Made by a program: the position numbers and the translations under genes
Part shown: in pieces, positions 59,554 through 64,000 of the stretch
Numbering within the stretch: the first letter of the stretch is position 1
Layout of the letters: the number at the start of each line of letters is the position of its first letter
Notes under the pieces: model-generated
Told to the model about the DNA's origin: nothing
The model's database searches: none
The model's input: only the letters and a program-made list of their open reading frames with translations
Origin: Mobula hypostoma
Lineage: Eukaryota
NCBI RefSeq assembly: GCF_963921235.1
Contig: NC_086097.1
Coordinates: forward strand, 233,680,001 to 233,744,000
Direction: 5' to 3'
Length of the DNA stretch: 64,000 bases

Positions 59554-60699
59554 AATGCTCAGAAGCTGAGCCTACAACGAGAACACATTTAACAGAAAAT
59601 AGACCAACATAGAAGGAAACAGGTGGCTGTACTGGAATGTAACTTTATGACCCCTCACACATCACAAATGGCCAGGGTCCATATCCGATATCAAATAGGA
59701 CTTTAAAATAAACTTTTAAAAGCAAGTGTGAGAATCAAGAAATACAGAAAAACTATTCTTAATGGGGCACAAAAGTAATCAAATCAACATGAGCTTGCGC
59801 AGATCTCACTGAATCCTCTGGTCTGGCTGTCTACTTGTATAAAATATCCAAAGTGAAGTAAAAATCTTGCTGCCTCCAAGCTGGGAATTATTCCAAAAGC
59901 ATTTGAAAATGTTAGAGTCGAAATTATGGTTGGAGAGAAATCCTTTCACCAGCCTTTCAAATTCTGATAACCCAGAATTTTCCCATCAAAATAACCCTGT
60001 GTGATAATTCTCGAAGTATCAAACAGGATGACATTTTCTTGAGAGGACAATTGACCCAATCATCAACCCTGTGGTGAAATCATTTCACATTCCTACAGCA
60101 ATCATGCACGATTAACATTAAAATGGAGCCATCAAAAAGGGTTACATCAGTCAACTTTTAAGGATATAATTTTTATTGTATTATAAGGATGAAGTGTTCA
60201 GAGCAAATTTAGGATCACCTGTACACTAGGGAACCATTTCTTCCAAGAAAGCACATATACAAGTGGTGTCTGAAATAAGCTAGAGCTAAAATCAGATCAA
60301 AAATAAAACTGAGAAAATTTGCAGATGCTGGAAATCCAAGCAACATACACAAAATTCTGGAGGAACTTTGCAGGCCAACAGAGCTAAAATCTGTTAAATT
60401 TAAAGGTTCTCTTTTCTTTGAAATGTAAACTAACATTAAGGGCATCAAAAATTATGGGGAGAAGGCAGGAGATGGGGCAATAAATCAGCCATGATGGAAC
60501 GGTGGAGAAGATTTGATGGGCCAAAAAGCCTAGTTCTGCTCCTGTGTTTTATGGTCTTACGATCTTATGGTCTGAACTGATCGAAGTACAACTAACCTAC
60601 TGATTCACGGGGAAGGACTGCTTAAGATCCTTGGTGGTCTAAAGGGAGAAAGTTAAACAATAGGTGTCTGCAACGCTCTCACAAACAGGGGGTGGAAAG

Positions 60700-63430
60700 C
60701 GCCAGCAATCCTCTTGGCAAGTTTTACTATCCTCCGCAGAGTTTTGCAGTGTGATGCATTGCTGCCTCCTTACCACACAATGATGCAGCCAGACAGGGCA
60801 CTCTCAAAAGTACTCTTGCAGAGAGTTGTTAGAATGAGGGTAGAGGGCCTTGCATGCCTTCTCAGAAAGTGTAGATTGTGGCATGCAGCAAGCGAATCAG
60901 CTCCAGCAGTCGCTGGCGAGCCCGCAGCCAGCGGCAACCGAGAGGACTCTGAGGGCGGGGCAGACCTCGACACAGAAGCCGGCGTCGCTTCTGCCCCACA
61001 AAGAGCGGGGGTTGCTAGGAGCGGGTACTTAAGCGCACGCCGATTCAAACAGTAAACGGTTCAACCCGACCCTGCTCGAGTCAGTGCCTTGTTTTCACTC
61101 GTAGCGTATCAGCGCGACTACATTGGTGACCCCGATGGTCCAATGGCATTTGGACCCAACATGAAAGACTCGGTTCTGCAGAATGCAGTTTCCCTTAAAC
61201 TGCCAACCTGCTTGACCACCCAACCCCTGGTCTGGTTTGAGCAAGCGGAGGCCCAGTTCCAGGTCAGGCAACTTGTCTCAGATACCACCAGGTATTACTA
61301 CGTGGTGAGTGCCCTCGACCAGGAGACAGCGGGCCGTGTTATCGACTTTCTGCATCAGCCTCTGGCAACAGACAGGTATGAGGCACTCAAGGCCTTGTTA
61401 ATCCACACGTTTGGCCTCTCCCGCCGTGAACGGGCCGTGCGGTTACTACATATGGATGGCCTGGTTGACCGCACACCATCGGCCCATTGTGCCGACCGCT
61501 TGGAGGCGCCGCGTTTTTGATACCTTGCACGGTTTAGCGCACCCTTCCATCCAGGTGACCATCCAGCTGATCACAGAGGGGTTTGTGTGGCATGGCCTAC
61601 GCAAGGAGGTTGGGCACTGGGCCAGGACATGCAGGCACTGTCAAACCTCCAAAATCCAGAGACATGTGAGGACCCCACTGCAACCCTTCCAGCCGACACA
61701 TAGGAGGTTCGAACATGTCCACGTGGACATCGTCGGCCCACTGCCGGTTTCGAGAGGAGCGAGATACCTGTTCACCGTGGTGGACAGGTTCACGAGGTGG
61801 CCGGAAGCTAACCCACTCGCTGACACGGTCACGGAGATATGCGCCAGAGCCCTGATTACCACCTGGGTGGCACGGTTTGGACTCCCAGCCGACGTCACTT
61901 CAGACAGGGGTATGCAGTTCACATTGGCTTTGTGGTCTGCGCTGGCACAACTCCTCAGAACCCAGCTCCACTGAACGACTGCTTACCACCCGCAGTCTAA
62001 CGGCCTGGTGGAACGTTTCCACAGACACTTGAAGTCGGCCCTGATGGCACGCCTCCGAGGGCCGGACTGGGGGGACGAACTCCCCTGGGTGCTGCTTGGT
62101 ATCTCCGCACGGCACCTAAGGAAGACCTGGCCGCGTCATCGGCCGAACTGGTTTACAGTGCCCTGCTCACAGTTCCCGGTGAGTTTGTGCCAGCACCCCG
62201 TGGCCTGGAGGACACACCTGCTGGACCCTAACTAAACTCCGGGAGCGGCTTGGACACTTGCTGCAGTCCTGACGTCCCACCATGGAACAACTCCCTCTTT
62301 CGTGCCCAGGGACCTGCAACAGAGCATGTATGTTTTCGTGCACCGAAGCATACACAGACCACCCCTGCAGCGACCATACGAGGGACCCTACAAGGTGGTG
62401 CGCCATAATGGAGTGACCTGGGTTCTCGAGACTTTTACTATTGACCATCTCAAACCGGCGCATCTGGACCTTGAACGCCCAGTCACGGTACCACCCCCAC
62501 GATGTCCAGGCCGGCCACCTAAAAGAACTGAGAGTGTGCGGGCTGCGGACTCTGCACCTCCTATCGCCAGTTCTGTGGTGGTGGGGTGGGGGGGGTCATG
62601 TGGCGGCTCTACCAGGCAGCAAGCGAACCGGCTCCAGCAGTCGCCGGCGAGCCCGCAGCCAGCAGCAACCGAGAGGACTCTGAGTGCGGGGCAGACCTCG
62701 GCCCGGAAGCCGACGTCGCTTCTGCCCCGCAAAGAGCGGGGGTTGCTTAAACGCGGGCCGATTCAAACAGTAAACGGTTCAACCCGACCCTGCTCAATTA
62801 AGTGTCTTGTTTTCACTCATAGCATATCAGCGCAGCTACAAGATACTGCTGTGCCTTCTTGGCTAGTGAGGAGGTGTTGTGGGTCCAGTTAGATCGTCCA
62901 TTATGTGCACTCCAAGGAAATTTGTGCTCTGCACTTTTTCCATTGCAGAGCCATTGCTGTGCAATGGAGAGTGGTCGACCTGTGCCTTCCTGAAGTCCAC
63001 AATCATCTCTTTTGTCTTGTTCACTCTGAGACTTAGGGTTGTTGTTCTCGCACCGTTAGACAAGCCTCACAACCTCATCGTTGTTGCCAATGAGGCTGCC
63101 AGCCACTGTAGCATCATCGGTGAACTTAATGAAGTGACTTGAGGTGAATCTGGCAGTGCAGTTGTGAGTCAGCAGCATGAACAACAGTGGGCTGAGCACA
63201 CAGACCTGGGGGGGCACCAGTGCTCAGCGTGATGTAGCTTGAGATGCTGCTGCCAAATCAGCCTGACTGGGATATTTCTGTGGAAGAAGTCCATGGTACA
63301 GTTACAGAGAGGGGCATTGAGTCCCACCAAGGACAACTTACCCACCAGTCTCTGGGAGATGTTCATATTAAAAGCTGAGCCGAAGTCGATGAACAACATC
63401 TTGGCATATAAGACAAGAGAAGTCCTGTCC
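60700..63430 (-). mobile_element. Rex1/Babar-like RT fragments interrupted by the CsRn1-like provirus
   Basis: [43 protein letters not shown]. Confidence 0.82.
60877..62840 (+). mobile_element. CsRn1-like Gypsy provirus with internal deletion (no PR/RT/RH)
   Basis: LTRs 60877-61122 and 62599-62840 (TG..CA); perfect AGAT TSD; PBS TGGTGACCCCGA (tRNA-Trp type); G-rich PPT; gag VSLKLP..WFEQAEAQF fused to integrase H..H..C..C, VHVDIVGPLP, TSDRG, ERFHR, RPYEGPY. Confidence 0.93.
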
Positions 63431-63529
63431 CCTGATCTGAAGGCTGTGTCCCAATTCTTAAATAGTTTGTGGTCGGCCGTGGTTTCTGGTTTGCCCTGGC
63501 AATGCAGTGTGTTGTCATTATACACCAAT

Positions 63530-64000
63530 CATTGAAAGTGGGCATGCAGGTACAGCAGGCGGTGAAAAAGGCAAATGGTGTGCTGGCATTTATAGCGAGA
63601 GGATTCGAGTACAGGAGCAGGGAGGTACTACTGTAGTTGTACAAGGCCTTGGTGAGACCACACCTGGAGTATTGTGTGCAGTTTTGGTCCCCTAATCTGA
63701 GGAAAGACATCCTTGCCATAGAGGGAGTACAAAGAAGGTTCACCAGATTGATTCCTGGGATGGCAGGACTTTCATATGAAGAAAGACTGGATGAATTGGG
63801 CTTGTACTCGTTGGAATTTAGAAGATTGAGGGGGGATCTGATTGAAACGTATAAAATCCTAAAGGGATTGGACAGGCTAGATGCAGGAAGATTGTTCCCG
63901 ATGTTGGGGAAGTCCAGAACGAGGGGCCACAGTTTGAGGATAGAGGGGAAGCCTTTTAGGACTGAGATTAGGAAAAACTTCTTCACACAGAGAGTGGTGA
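63530..64000 (+). mobile_element. CR1 RT C-terminal region, running off the window
   Basis: GTGAGACCACACCTGGAGTATTGTGTGCAGTTTTGGTCCCC..TTCTTCACACAGAGAGTGGTG. Confidence 0.92.

Noticed and set aside
1..64000. Most short ORFs in the six-frame track as host genes
   Set aside because: They are antisense or off-frame readings of LINE, LTR or PLE sequence or of low-complexity pLTRs; I found no spliced host gene structure.

Overview
This 64-kb window is eukaryotic, repeat-dense DNA that looks intronic or intergenic. I found no convincing host protein-coding exon, rRNA, true tRNA gene or CRISPR array. The repeat mix points to a cartilaginous fish, probably a ray or shark (inference): many CR1 LINE subfamilies, Rex1/Babar-like LINEs, V-SINEs, Deu-domain SINEs, Penelope-like elements (PLEs) and Gypsy LTR elements. 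It contains a near-intact Gypsy provirus (34126-38540), an internally deleted CsRn1-like provirus (60877-62840), two decayed Gypsy elements, two solo LTRs, an R4/Dong-like and a HERO-like restriction-endonuclease LINE fragment, Penelope RT/GIY-YIG copies and Tc1 remnants. The most notable signals are: (1) a candidate non-circularly permuted hammerhead ribozyme in the HERO-like 3' UTR (16301-16373, minus); (2) an apparent self-priming PBS in the Gypsy provirus; (3) an L1 5'-end-only insertion with a perfect 15-bp TSD; (4) minimal hammerhead motifs in PLE ends, including fold-back short elements; (5) a four-level nested insertion at 9.5-16.9 kb. Family names come from recognising motifs by eye, not from database searches, and boundaries without a TSD are approximate.
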